From an uncultured Clostridia bacterium (GTDB taxonomy: Bacteria > Bacillota > Clostridia > Christensenellales > UBA1242), in NCBI GenBank assembly GCA_934777505.1, contig CAKVNM010000004.1, positions 14,527-78,526 of the forward strand: DNA of 64,000 nt, in the 5' to 3' direction. Below are positions 27,624-38,567 of this stretch, in pieces (position 1 is the first letter of the stretch; every line of letters begins with the position of its first letter). Below the pieces are notes generated by a model. The model was not told the origin of the DNA and ran no database searches. It was given only the letters and a program-made list of their open reading frames with translations. Position numbers and translations under genes: made by a program.

Positions 27624-28778
27624 ATGGAATATAAAGAATTAGTACAAGAGAAGTTGAATCAAATTCAGCAAAAAAAGAAAAACGGCGAAGATATCATCGT
27701 TCTTAGCATAGAGTCAAGTTGCGATGAAACCAGCATCGCAATCGTAAAAAACGGCAGAGAAGTAATGAGCAATGTTATTTCCAGCCAGATTGAAATTCAC
27801 AAGCGTTTTGGTGGTGTTGTTCCAGAAGTTGCAAGTCGAAATCATGTTGTTGCAATCAATAATGTTTTGGCTGATAGTTTGGAAAAAGCAACCGAATATC
27901 AAATCAAGCAAAAGCAAGAAAAACTTGGCAGAGAGTTGACAGATAGCGAAAAGCAAAAGCAACAATTCACGCTTGAAAATGTTGACGCCGTGTGCGTAAC
28001 TTATGGTGCGGGACTTGTTGGTGCGCTCATGGTTGGCGTTAGTTTTGCTAAAAGTTTGGCATATAGTTTGGGTGTTCCACTCGTTGCTGTAAATCACATA
28101 AAGGGCCATATTGCCGGCAACTATATTGCAAACAAAGACTTAGAGCCACCTTTCATTTGTTTGGTTGTTAGTGGTGGTCACACCGCAATTTTGCGAATTG
28201 ACGATTATCTAAACCACACATTGATTGGCGAAACGCTTGATGACGCCATTGGAGAAGCGTTCGACAAAGTGGCAAGAGTTATTGGACTTGGCTATCCGGG
28301 TGGGCCAAAGATTGACAAACTTGCCAAGGTGGGAGAAAATAACATTCAGTTCACTCACAAATCTAGCCTTGACAAAACATATAATGTTAGTTATAGTGGA
28401 CTAAAAACTGCGGTTATAAACTATGTCCACAAACTTGAACAAGCGGGGCAGGAACTTCCAGTTGCCAACATTGCAACAAGTTTTGAATATCAAGCAGTTG
28501 ATATGCTAGTTGAAAAAGTTGTAAAGGCAACCAGAGACTATGGCTTTAAAAAAATCGCCATTGCAGGCGGTGTGGCAGCCAATAGTTATCTTAGAGAAAA
28601 ACTAACTTTTGAAGCGAAGAAATTTGACATTCAAGTTTTCTATCCACCACTAGTTCTTTGCACAGACAATGCAGCAATGATTGGTTGTTGCGGATACTAC
28701 GACCTTATAAACAATTATTCAATCGCAGACTTAACACTTTCGCCAGACCCAAGTTTGAAACTTAGCAAAGGCAAGTAA
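27624..28778 (+). CDS. tsaD: tRNA N6-adenosine threonylcarbamoyltransferase
   Basis: VLSIESSCDETSIAIV, GGHT, and GYPGGP Kae1/TsaD motifs, with an internal Lys/Gln-rich insertion of about 30 aa. Confidence 0.9.
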   Translation: MEYKELVQEKLNQIQQKKKNGEDIIVLSIESSCDETSIAIVKNGREVMSNVISSQIEIHKRFGGVVPEVASRNHVVAINNVLADSLEKATEYQIKQKQEKLGRELTDSEKQKQQFTLENVDAVCVTYGAGLVGALMVGVSFAKSLAYSLGVPLVAVNHIKGHIAGNYIANKDLEPPFICLVVSGGHTAILRIDDYLNHTLIGETLDDAIGEAFDKVARVIGLGYPGGPKIDKLAKVGENNIQFTHKSSLDKTYNVSYSGLKTAVINYVHKLEQAGQELPVANIATSFEYQAVDMLVEKVVKATRDYGFKKIAIAGGVAANSYLREKLTFEAKKFDIQVFYPPLVLCTDNAAMIGCCGYYDLINNYSIADLTLSPDPSLKLSKGK

Positions 28779-28849
28779 AATTTGTAGAATATTAAAAAAA
28801 AATCTCAACTTGTTTGAACTTCAAACGCTTTGGCTGAGATTTTTTTTGC

Positions 28850-29593
28850 TTATTCTTTGTCTTTCTTTTTAAAAATACTTAAAATCGAAAAACGCTTTTT
28901 TGGCTTTGTTTCGATTGGTCTTGGTGTAATTTTGCCTTCTTGCTTTGTTGGAATTGTTGGAGCAGGAATTCCAGTGCCGACTCTAACAAACGAAATGCTT
29001 GCGTTGTAGAGCCTTAACATATTATATCGGTGGGCGGAAATTTCGCTCCTATCCAAAAACGCCATTCCAGTGCCTTCCCACAAAAAGAACCATGTCATAA
29101 TAAGAGTGCTTTCGTAGGCAGGAAAGTAACTATCTTGAAACCACTTGTAAACAAAAGGGGAGAGTATTAAACATATAAACCCGCAAATCAAAAATAGTCC
29201 TGCCCAAAGGTCATTACGCCTGATTTTAACTTTGTCGGTTGTGATTTTAAATCCAAAGTGATTTTTCAATGCTTTTTTAACTTGATTTTCATTGTCGGTT
29301 GTAAAGTTGTCGTCAACATACATCTTGATTGCAACATTTTCAGTCATTGGAATAATCTCGACTTCGTCCATCAAATACTTTTCAAAGTCGTCTGTGATTG
29401 TTCTTTGTTTGGCAAGGTCGTACTGATTAAAAATATTTTCCGCTTTTCCAATCTTACATTCAATCAATGCTTCGCCGTTTTCGTTATAGATTATCTCGTT
29501 GTCTGGGTCAAAAATTTCACTTTTCAACTGCTTTTTGTATTCTTTAATTTTTTCCTTGTTTAATCGTTTTAATTCCTTTTCTTTGTTTGTCAT
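28850..29593 (-). CDS. Unknown membrane protein
   Basis: Lys/Glu-rich N-terminal region, then hydrophobic segments (WAGLFLICGFICLILSPFV; TLIMTWFFLWEGTGMAF). Family unknown. Confidence 0.55.
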   Translation of the reverse strand: MTNKEKELKRLNKEKIKEYKKQLKSEIFDPDNEIIYNENGEALIECKIGKAENIFNQYDLAKQRTITDDFEKYLMDEVEIIPMTENVAIKMYVDDNFTTDNENQVKKALKNHFGFKITTDKVKIRRNDLWAGLFLICGFICLILSPFVYKWFQDSYFPAYESTLIMTWFFLWEGTGMAFLDRSEISAHRYNMLRLYNASISFVRVGTGIPAPTIPTKQEGKITPRPIETKPKKRFSILSIFKKKDKE

Positions 29594-29667
29594 ATCTTTA
29601 CTATACCATTTGTAGACAAAAAAATCAATCGCTTAAAATGTTTCAAAGCAACTGATTTTGTCTTTTT

Positions 29668-30123
29668 TTACTTTTTAACTGTGCTTCCAAATCCGCCAAC
29701 ACGGGTTTCTGTGATTTCTTTTTCGTCATCGACTGTTAGGAATTTCATAAAAATTCCTTGACCGATTTTATCGCCTTTTTTAATCACATAGTCCTGAGTT
29801 GAAAAATTATATAACCTGAAACCAAGGTTTCCGTCATTGGAAATGTTGGAGTAGTAATCGCTATCAATCACGCCAATCGTGTTGGCAATCATAACGCCCC
29901 TTTTTCCCATGCCACTTGTAACGCACAAAATCAAAACTTCGTCACTGTTCATTTGTGCTTTAAAGTTTGACCAAATCATTTCCATGGTTTGTGGTTTTAT
30001 AACAACATCTATTGGAGAGTAGAAATCATACCCCGCACTGTTTTTTGTGGCTCTAACTGGACACTTAAATTCTGTTTGACCATATTCAATGGCATCTTGT
30101 CTAACAACTTCTATTTTTCTCAT
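29668..30123 (-). CDS. dut: dUTP diphosphatase (trimeric type)
   Basis: SAGYDF, GVIDSDY, and C-terminal RVGGFGST motifs. Confidence 0.85.
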   Translation of the reverse strand: MRKIEVVRQDAIEYGQTEFKCPVRATKNSAGYDFYSPIDVVIKPQTMEMIWSNFKAQMNSDEVLILCVTSGMGKRGVMIANTIGVIDSDYYSNISNDGNLGFRLYNFSTQDYVIKKGDKIGQGIFMKFLTVDDEKEITETRVGGFGSTVKK

Positions 30124-30553
30124 ATATTTATTATATCACATTTTGACGATTTCCCCAACAAAAAAACATAAGAAAAGATTTTATAATTTTAACATTTTAC
30201 GATTATTGTTTTGAACACTCGACAAAAACCATTTTTAATAGTCGATAAAAGTAATATAAAAGGTTTGCAAATAGTTTTATAAAATAGTTTCGAATTTGTA
30301 AAATAATTTTTATTAACCTAAAATATTTCATAATCAATAAAAACAATGCAACTTGTTTCTAAAACAAAATGAGTTAATTTATTAAAACAATGTATATCTT
30401 TTATAAATCAAGGATTTTCTAACAAAAAACTAGCCAAAGTGCTATCAAAACAAAAAAAACGATAATTTTTTTAATAACTATTCTTATTTCTTGTTGTTTC
30501 GGTCTGTATTTGTTAAAATATCTATGTAAAATCTACATAAACTAAGGATAATT

Positions 30554-32443
30554 ATGAAAGTAAACATTCGTAACTCAATTTTAAAAATTTCACTTTTAAC
30601 GCTTGTTGCACTAGTTTTAACGGCGTTTGTTCCTATGTTTTCTAGTCCAAAAAATGTGAGTGCGTCTGCAACTGATGTTTTGGTGCAGTCATACTACGAA
30701 GAAAACAATAACAACAACGGCGGAGTGTATAGTTTTGGTGGAAATGGTGGAACGGTCAGCGTGGACAATGCGTCATATTCTGCACAAGTTATTGCCGACA
30801 CAACTTCGTCCAGCACGCTATATATCAAAACTAGCGACTCCTACACTTTGGAAGGAGTGTATAGCGAATATGCAAGCGGAATGTTTGGCGGAACAAGTTT
30901 TGACTTCACAGAACAAGACGACCACTACACCGTGGACCTAAGCAACGCAGTTTTGTACACAAACAACTTGTATGTTAAGTTTACTTTAAAAAGAGTTAAT
31001 ATCATAATTGAGTCAAACGAATATTTTTCGTTCACAGGTTCAGGAAAATATATTGTTGGCAGTCCCATTTCGATTAACGCTCAGCCAAACGGAGCATCTG
31101 CAATATTTAGCAGATGGGTCAGTGTTGTTGGTGACACCGAAACCACATTTTCTACCAACAAAACAGATTCCTTTACGGCAAGTCAAGATTTAAGACTAAA
31201 AGTTGTTCCAAAATATCTGTTAAATATCGTTCCAAACGACAATGGACAAATCAATGTCTTAAAAGACGGCGTTTTGACAACCGAAACATACTTCGAACCA
31301 AAAACCGATTTGATTGTGGAGGCGGTGGCAAACAATGGCTACAAGTTTGTCGACTTCAAAGACGCCTATGCGGGCAATCCATCAAGTTTTAGAATTAGAG
31401 TTTCTGGACCAGTCACAATTGAAGGTATTTTTGAAAGCAAGGGTGCAAACATCACAATTTCTTCAACAAATATCGACCACAGTTCGCTTGAAGGCTCAAC
31501 CAACACCGAAAACATTGAATACTATGTTGGCGACACCGTTCGCTTGAATGTTACAGTGGGCGAAAGATACAAGTTTACTGGCTGGCTAACAAACGCTTCT
31601 GGACAAATTGATTTAAACAGCGAAAGTTTGACCTACACCGTTACAGCGCAAGATGTTGAAAGGGGGAATATCTACTTTACAGCAAGTATTATTAAAGAAT
31701 ATGCCTACGCAAGCCTTGTTGTGTATGGCGGTGGAGTGGTTTCGACCAACGGAGTTTCGTCCACCACTGGATTTACTCAAAACAAACTTTTAAACACTTC
31801 CTACAAAATGGAATTTTTGCCAAACAATATGTATGAACTCAGTGAGTTAAAATATACAAATCTTGAAACAAGAGAAACAAAATATTTGCTCCCACTTCAA
31901 GACGGCAAGTATGAATTTGATGTTACCGAAGACTTTGAAATCAGTGCAACATTCACTCAAATTTTGTGGTCACAACACTATACTATGCCTTCTGGCAGTG
32001 GAACAAAAGACGACCCATATATGATTACCACTCCCGAAGAATTTGCCTTTATTGCATACGCTGTCAACAACTCAATTTGGCAGTCGGACACAAAAAAAGT
32101 GGACTATCACAAAGCATACTATATGCTAACCAAGAACCTTGATTTTACTGGCAAGTACTGGGAAAAAGTTAGCACAAGATTTATCGGCACGCTCGATGTT
32201 AATTTTAGGACAATCGAAAATGTAACCTTGCAAGACGAAACCAAAACAACAAACTACAAAGATTTGTTTGCGGGCAAAGTCAATATCAAGCGAGAAATTG
32301 GCACAGTTTGGACGATTGCAGGAATTTCAATCAGTGCAATTTTGACGATAACAATCATTTTGATTTTAATCTATATGAGCAAGTCAAAAACCAAAATCAA
32401 AAAGGTTGTAATCTTGCCACCAGACTTGAATGAGAAAAACTAA
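30554..32443 (+). CDS. Large surface protein with signal peptide, repeated beta-rich modules and C-terminal TM anchor
   Basis: Signal peptide ending SASA. Recurring (Y/F)KF(T/V)(G/D)(W/F)-type motifs (FSRWV, YKFVDF, YKFTGW) resemble Listeria-Bacteroides-type repeats. The C-terminal segment is WTIAGISISAILTITIILILIYM. Confidence 0.65.
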   Translation: MKVNIRNSILKISLLTLVALVLTAFVPMFSSPKNVSASATDVLVQSYYEENNNNNGGVYSFGGNGGTVSVDNASYSAQVIADTTSSSTLYIKTSDSYTLEGVYSEYASGMFGGTSFDFTEQDDHYTVDLSNAVLYTNNLYVKFTLKRVNIIIESNEYFSFTGSGKYIVGSPISINAQPNGASAIFSRWVSVVGDTETTFSTNKTDSFTASQDLRLKVVPKYLLNIVPNDNGQINVLKDGVLTTETYFEPKTDLIVEAVANNGYKFVDFKDAYAGNPSSFRIRVSGPVTIEGIFESKGANITISSTNIDHSSLEGSTNTENIEYYVGDTVRLNVTVGERYKFTGWLTNASGQIDLNSESLTYTVTAQDVERGNIYFTASIIKEYAYASLVVYGGGVVSTNGVSSTTGFTQNKLLNTSYKMEFLPNNMYELSELKYTNLETRETKYLLPLQDGKYEFDVTEDFEISATFTQILWSQHYTMPSGSGTKDDPYMITTPEEFAFIAYAVNNSIWQSDTKKVDYHKAYYMLTKNLDFTGKYWEKVSTRFIGTLDVNFRTIENVTLQDETKTTNYKDLFAGKVNIKREIGTVWTIAGISISAILTITIILILIYMSKSKTKIKKVVILPPDLNEKN

Positions 32444-32644
32444 AACAACAAAAATGTCGAAAAATTTTTCAAAAAATTTTGCATTTAGGTATTGACAAAT
32501 AAAAATTTTGTGATAAACTAAGCACCGTAAAACATTTTTACCATTTTGTTTTATTGATATATAAACCTAGCGCTCCGCTAGGTTTTTTTGTTTTAATATT
32601 GACAAACGCCGTTATTATATTTATAATAAAGTTAGAGGTTTAAA

Positions 32645-33481
32645 ATGAAAACATTTTTAAAATATTTTATAACAATCGTGCTAATTGTTGCTATTATTTT
32701 TGGAGTAAAGACTTTGATTGACCGTGGAAGCGAGTCAAACAATCTTTATGCCACAATCAATCAACAAGCACTCGAAAAGATTGATAATTCCAAAATGCAG
32801 GCAAGCGTTAAGGGAATGAGCGACTACTACAACACTCACAACGCAGATAGCACTTTCCCAAGCGATATCAAAGTGTCTTGGTCGGTTGGAGAAATGAAGG
32901 CATATCTTGAAATGTATCAAGAATGTGACGCTATCATCGGCGAGTTGAAAGATTTAATCAACCTAAATATCTCTCAAACAGATAGTTTGGTCGAAGCCGT
33001 AAAATTTTACTATAACAAAACAGTTTCCAGTCTAAATAGTCAAAACGAAATTGCAAGCCAACTAAACGACTACTTAAAAGAGTCAAATGTTAGCGAAAGC
33101 GACTTTTTGTTCTTCTATAACGCACTTGCTAAATCAGTAAAGACAACTTTAACAAACTACACAAACCTTGCAAAAGCAATGAGTAATTTTGTTTTGAAAG
33201 ATGTTTATGCTGGACAAACTGTCAACTTTGCTTTTATTGTCGACAGTGTAAAAGTTAACATGATGAATATCTTTGTTGGTGATTATGACTATCTTGACGA
33301 ATACAAAGCACTTAGCAGAAATATATTGACAGTTGATGAACCACAGTTTGTTTTGAACTATAACAACGCAGGCGATATTAACCTGCTATTAAGTGCAAAA
33401 GACAAACAAGAGTTTGTTAACAACTCATCAAACGAAAGCGTTAAATATCTTGCACAAGTATTATTTGGAATTGGTGCATAG
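32645..33481 (+). CDS. Unknown membrane-anchored/secreted protein
   Basis: N-terminal TM FLKYFITIVLIVAIIFGV. I recognise no family. Confidence 0.55.
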   Translation: MKTFLKYFITIVLIVAIIFGVKTLIDRGSESNNLYATINQQALEKIDNSKMQASVKGMSDYYNTHNADSTFPSDIKVSWSVGEMKAYLEMYQECDAIIGELKDLINLNISQTDSLVEAVKFYYNKTVSSLNSQNEIASQLNDYLKESNVSESDFLFFYNALAKSVKTTLTNYTNLAKAMSNFVLKDVYAGQTVNFAFIVDSVKVNMMNIFVGDYDYLDEYKALSRNILTVDEPQFVLNYNNAGDINLLLSAKDKQEFVNNSSNESVKYLAQVLFGIGA

Positions 33482-33492
33482 GAGAGAATAAT

Positions 33493-34545
33493 ATGAACAA
33501 AAAATTTTTTAGTATTTTTGTGCTAGCAATTATGGTTACGGGATTAATGTTCTCGGGCTGTACAAAAGCAAATTCCGCTAGTTATAGCGAAGTATATAGC
33601 CACTTCAAAACCAATGTGGCTTCAAAGGTGTATGTTGACGACAACAATGTTGGCTCATATATTATCAGCAAAAAAGGTTCAGATGTTTACTACTTTGAGT
33701 TCACTTTGGACTCGGCGAACGCCAACCTTAGACAGCGTGTAAACTCAGCAGGCGAAAACAATATTTTCAATGCACTTGCAAACAACAGAGAGTATGGCGT
33801 TGTTATTGGTCATGCGTCAAACTACTTTTTCAAAAAGTTTAATGACAGTGCAATGCTTGTTTATAGCGAAGATAAACTAAAAACAATCCCACAAAATTTG
33901 CTCACAACACTATACAATCAAGTTGACGATGTTACTTCTAACATCTCCAACTTTGCTAGCGGAACAAGAAAGTTAATCACAAGTTACAACGAACTTGACC
34001 CAGAAAGCAAAAGCACAAAATTTGCTCTTGAAGATTTGTTAAATGCCTACAAAAACTTGATTGGCTCAGTTATCGACATGAACATGACAACCGAGCAAAT
34101 TATAGACGGTGTTTTGTTCGACTATGCTAGCGGTAGCGAAGAAGTTTCGCTTCTTGAACTCAACCGCATTGTTGATGCGTTTGAACTTTACGCAACAAAA
34201 TATATTTATCAAAAATATATGCAGTTTGACAAAAATACTCAACTAAGTTTTCTTGATAGCAACTTGGTTAGCAAACTAAATCAAATGTTAACCCTAAACG
34301 AAAACGCAAAGAAAACTGGCAAAACAAGCACAGACCTTGACACTTACAACTATCTTAGAATGGTTGAAAAAAACATTCGCAATCAATTTGAAATCAATCA
34401 ATCAGCAATAAATCAACTAAACGGCACTAAGCCAGTTGAAGGTAGCAAGAACTACGAACACAACTTGGCAGTTTATAACAACTTTATGAACTACGAAGAC
34501 GAGATGATTGCATATCTTAACCTAATCATTTCAATGCTTGGTTAA
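33493..34545 (+). CDS. Unknown lipoprotein
   Basis: Signal peptide with lipobox MFSGC. Only 11 nt separate it from the upstream gene, so they are likely co-transcribed. Confidence 0.55.
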   Translation: MNKKFFSIFVLAIMVTGLMFSGCTKANSASYSEVYSHFKTNVASKVYVDDNNVGSYIISKKGSDVYYFEFTLDSANANLRQRVNSAGENNIFNALANNREYGVVIGHASNYFFKKFNDSAMLVYSEDKLKTIPQNLLTTLYNQVDDVTSNISNFASGTRKLITSYNELDPESKSTKFALEDLLNAYKNLIGSVIDMNMTTEQIIDGVLFDYASGSEEVSLLELNRIVDAFELYATKYIYQKYMQFDKNTQLSFLDSNLVSKLNQMLTLNENAKKTGKTSTDLDTYNYLRMVEKNIRNQFEINQSAINQLNGTKPVEGSKNYEHNLAVYNNFMNYEDEMIAYLNLIISMLG

Positions 34546-34625
34546 CTTATAAAAAAAATATTGGCGAGTATTTGCCTTTATTTTTTTAAGTGTGATATAA
34601 TCTATTAGTTTAAGGAGAAATATAT

Positions 34626-36287
34626 ATGGACTATAAAAAACTTGCTGATATGCTTTTTCCAGATGTCACATTAACACTTGACGACCTAGAAAAGATGTAT
34701 CCAGAAAGAAAACTAGAAAAAGGTGCAATCGTAACAAGATTTGCTCCATCTCCAACAGGCTTTTTGCATATTGGAAGTGTGTTTACTTGCCTTGTTGCAA
34801 GCAATTTTGCAAAAAAATCTGGTGGAAAATTTATATTAAGAATTGAAGATACCGACCAAAACAGACTTATTCCGGGGGCTATTGGTCTTATTATTGACGG
34901 ATTAAAACGCTATAAAATTGAGTTTGACGAAGGCAGAACCGAAGACGGCAAAGACTTTGGCGACTACGGAACATATATGCAGAGTTTAAGAAAACCAATC
35001 TATATGGCAATGGCAAAATACTTGGTTTCTATCGGCAAAGCATATCCTTGTTTTTGTGATGAACAAACAACCGCTCGTGACAAAATGATTCAAGAGGCCA
35101 ACAAGGAACTTATCGGCTACTACGGGGCTTATGCTCATTGCAGAGATTTGACACTAGAAGAAGTTGAAGAAAACCTAAGACAAGGCAAAAAGTTTGCTAT
35201 TCGTCTTAGATGCGAAAGCAATGCCGACAACAAGATTATTGTTGAAGACGCAATTCGTGGAACGCTAAAACTCAGCGACAACTTTAAAGATGTTGTTATT
35301 CTAAAAAGAGATTTCTTGCCACCATACAACTTTGCTCATGTTTGCGATGACCACTTTATGAGAGTTAACTTGGTTGTTCGTGGTGATGAGTATATTCCAT
35401 CAATCGCAGAACACTTGCAAATTTTTAAGGCTTGCGGATTTGAACCAATCAAGTATGCTCATGTTGCGCCAATTCAAAAAATGGAAGGCGATTCAAAGCG
35501 TAAAATTTCCAAGCGTAAAGACCCAGAAGCAAATGTTGAATATTATATGCTAGAAGGCTACCCAGTTGAATCGGTTAGGGAATATTTGCTAACAGTAGCA
35601 AACTCAAACTTTGAAGAATGGAGAAAACAAAATCCAGACCGTAGTAACGAAGATTTTGTTGTTTCGCTCGACAAAATGAGCAAGAGCGGAGCATTATTTG
35701 ATATGCCAAAACTCAACGATGTTAGCAAGAATGTTATTTCAAAATTCACAGCAGACTATGTTTACGATTTGGCTTACGAATGGGCAGAAAGATACGACAA
35801 AGAATTTGCTGAAATTATGAAAAACCACAAGGACTACACTTTGATTATTATGTCTATCGAGCGTGGAACTCCAAAGCCAAGAAAAGACATTGCAAAGTGG
35901 AACGATATCAAATCAACATATTTCTATTTCTACAAGGAACTTTTCAATCCACAAAAAGTGGAAGACTATGGCTTTGATTTAACAAAGTTTAACCTTGCCG
36001 ATATCAAAGAAATTTGTTCACGCTATGCAAGAAATTACACACAAGAAACCGACAAGCAAGTTTGGTTTGACAAAATCAAACACCTTGCAACCGATATTGG
36101 TTTTGCAGACGACATGAAAGCCTACAAGGCAAATCCTGCAAACTTTAAAGGTCACTATGGCGATGTTTCAACAATCCTTCGTGTTGCTTTAACAACAAAG
36201 ACCAACACACCAGACCTTTTTGAAATCATGAACCTTCTTGGAAAAGATGAAGTTGTTTCAAGACTCCAAAAAGTTTGCAAACTATAA
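34626..36287 (+). CDS. gltX: Glutamate--tRNA ligase
   Basis: Class I HIGH (PTGFLHIGS) and KMSKS-like (KISKRK) motifs in a GluRS-type layout. Confidence 0.85.
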   Translation: MDYKKLADMLFPDVTLTLDDLEKMYPERKLEKGAIVTRFAPSPTGFLHIGSVFTCLVASNFAKKSGGKFILRIEDTDQNRLIPGAIGLIIDGLKRYKIEFDEGRTEDGKDFGDYGTYMQSLRKPIYMAMAKYLVSIGKAYPCFCDEQTTARDKMIQEANKELIGYYGAYAHCRDLTLEEVEENLRQGKKFAIRLRCESNADNKIIVEDAIRGTLKLSDNFKDVVILKRDFLPPYNFAHVCDDHFMRVNLVVRGDEYIPSIAEHLQIFKACGFEPIKYAHVAPIQKMEGDSKRKISKRKDPEANVEYYMLEGYPVESVREYLLTVANSNFEEWRKQNPDRSNEDFVVSLDKMSKSGALFDMPKLNDVSKNVISKFTADYVYDLAYEWAERYDKEFAEIMKNHKDYTLIIMSIERGTPKPRKDIAKWNDIKSTYFYFYKELFNPQKVEDYGFDLTKFNLADIKEICSRYARNYTQETDKQVWFDKIKHLATDIGFADDMKAYKANPANFKGHYGDVSTILRVALTTKTNTPDLFEIMNLLGKDEVVSRLQKVCKL

Positions 36288-36652
36288 TATGTTTTTAAAA
36301 ATTAAAGTTCACATTTTGTGAACTTTTTTTGTTGAAGTGCTAAGTTGTTTGGACTTGTAAGAATTATTTAACACTTGTTTTAGCCCTTATGTTTTAAAAA
36401 GTAAATTTTGTAATTAAACAATGAGAAAAAGTTTCTTGATTTGGAAAAAATCAAAGCAATCTTTTATTAATGATAATAAGACTCAATATGTAAAATATTT
36501 GTCAATCTGTATGAGTCGTTATTTAAATTAAATTTAGAAGTTGCAAAGCAAAAATATGTTATTGATACTTTTTATCATTAAATATTGTTTTATTGTCTAA
36601 TTAAATAGATTTTTAGCGTTGATTTTTTGTAAGTTTGTGATATAATTAATGC

Positions 36653-38212
36653 ATGGGACTAATCGACTTTAACAATTTTTCACTCGCATTTGGCGAAAAG
36701 GTGCTTTTTACAAACGCCAATTTTTTCGTGAACAAATTTGACAAAATGGGAGTTGTTGGAGTCAACGGGGCTGGCAAAAGTACGCTTCTAAAAATGCTAA
36801 CTGGCGAAGTGTTGTTCGACAAGGGAGAACTTGTTATCAATCCAAACATCAAACTTGGCTATCTTGACCAGCACGCATTAATAGACAGCAATCTTTCAGT
36901 GTTCGACTATCTTAGAGAAAGTTATAAAGAGATTTATGACGCCGACAAAAAACTAGCCGAAACATATAACAAAATGGCGTTTGCCACTGACGAAAATCAA
37001 CTGATTGCTTTGACAAATCAAACGGAAAAGTTGCTAGAATTTTTGGATACTAACGATTTTTATGCTCTTGATGGAAAAATTAGGAGAGTGGCAGATGGCC
37101 TTGGTATAACTGATTTTGGACTAGATACGCCTGTTAGAACTTTGAGTGGCGGTCAAAGAGCAAAAGTTCGTTTGGCAAAATTGCTCCTTGAAAAACCCGA
37201 TGTTATTTTGCTTGATGAGCCAACCAACTTTTTGGACGCAAGCCATATTGAGTGGTTAACAAATTATATTGTAAACACCGAAGGCACTTTTGTTGTTGTC
37301 AGCCATGATGAAACATTTTTGCAGGGCATTACAACTTGCATTTGCGATATTGATAACAAGGTTGTAACAAGATATAATCAAAACTTTAAGGATTATGTAA
37401 AGGAAAAACAGTTGCGACACGAACAGCAAACCAATGCCTACAATCGTCAGCAAAAAAAGATAGAGGCCACAACAAAACTTATTGATAGATTTAGATACAA
37501 AGCCACAAAGGCTAGCATGGTGCAAAGCAGAATCAAGGCTCTTGACAAGTTGGAATTAATCGAAAAACCAAGCGAACACGCAAGACCCACTTTTTTGTTT
37601 AACTACAAGCCACTTGGCTCAAAAATTTTGCTAGAAGTCACCAACCTAAAAATTGGCTATAATGGCAAATCACTTCTTGCTAGACCTATCAATATTACGC
37701 TTGAAAAAGGCGAAAAACTTGCTATCACTGGATTTAACGGAATTGGAAAGTCAACATTTTTAAAAACGCTTTCGGGAATTATTCCAGCAATCAGCGGAGA
37801 GTTTAAGTTTGCAACCAACACAATCATTGGCTACTACGAGCAGGACAACATTTTTGAAGACGACAGCATGACCCCGCTAGCATATATTTTGAGCGAATTT
37901 CCAAAACTCACGCAAACCGAAGCTCGTTCGTTTCTCGCTCGTTCGGGCCTCACCGCAAAGGAAGTTTTAGAACCGATAAAGTCACTCAGTGGCGGAGAGC
38001 AAGGTAAAATCAAAATTTGTAAACTGATGCTCATACCTTGCAACATTCTAATTTTGGACGAACCAACAAATCACTTAGATGCAAATGCAATCAAGCAACT
38101 ATCTTTTGCAATCAAAAAGTTTGACGGAACAGTTCTGTTTGTTAGTCACGACAAAGAATTTGTAAAAAACAATGCCGATAAGATTATTAGTTTTGAAGAT
38201 TTACTGGCGTAA
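36653..38212 (+). CDS. ABC-F family ATPase (two ABC domains, no TM)
   Basis: Walker A GVNGAGKST and GFNGIGKST, signatures LSGGQ and LSGGE, and an inter-domain linker. Confidence 0.85.
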   Translation: MGLIDFNNFSLAFGEKVLFTNANFFVNKFDKMGVVGVNGAGKSTLLKMLTGEVLFDKGELVINPNIKLGYLDQHALIDSNLSVFDYLRESYKEIYDADKKLAETYNKMAFATDENQLIALTNQTEKLLEFLDTNDFYALDGKIRRVADGLGITDFGLDTPVRTLSGGQRAKVRLAKLLLEKPDVILLDEPTNFLDASHIEWLTNYIVNTEGTFVVVSHDETFLQGITTCICDIDNKVVTRYNQNFKDYVKEKQLRHEQQTNAYNRQQKKIEATTKLIDRFRYKATKASMVQSRIKALDKLELIEKPSEHARPTFLFNYKPLGSKILLEVTNLKIGYNGKSLLARPINITLEKGEKLAITGFNGIGKSTFLKTLSGIIPAISGEFKFATNTIIGYYEQDNIFEDDSMTPLAYILSEFPKLTQTEARSFLARSGLTAKEVLEPIKSLSGGEQGKIKICKLMLIPCNILILDEPTNHLDANAIKQLSFAIKKFDGTVLFVSHDKEFVKNNADKIISFEDLLA

Positions 38213-38567
38213 ACTTATAAAAATTTGAAGATATATTGAACAAAAAGCACGGTTTTTCCGTGTTTTTATTTATTGATACTTTTTCTTAATAATTATAATT
38301 AAATTTATACTAACAAAAACAAATTAAAATTTTTATATTATTCTTATAAAAATTACTTTTGAGAATTAATATCAATATGTGATTTTATCTCTTGCTTGCT
38401 TTAATAAATATGCTTTTTCTTTAAGATTCTACTGATATTCCCAGTATAAAAACGACTATCACGCTTTAAAGAATTGACATTTTTGATTAATTGTTGTAAC
38501 TTTAAATTATATTTATTAATTTACTTGGTGGTGTTTTGTTGCCACTCGATTTTAAGGAGCATTAATC

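Noticed and set aside
38213-38567. T-box riboswitch upstream of trpS
   Set aside because: The only T-box-like string (ACTTGGTGGTGTTTTG) matches the AATTAGGGTGGTACCGCG consensus poorly. The leader is extremely AT-rich, with no convincing Stem I, specifier loop or terminator/antiterminator pair. A cmsearch with the T-box model would settle it.
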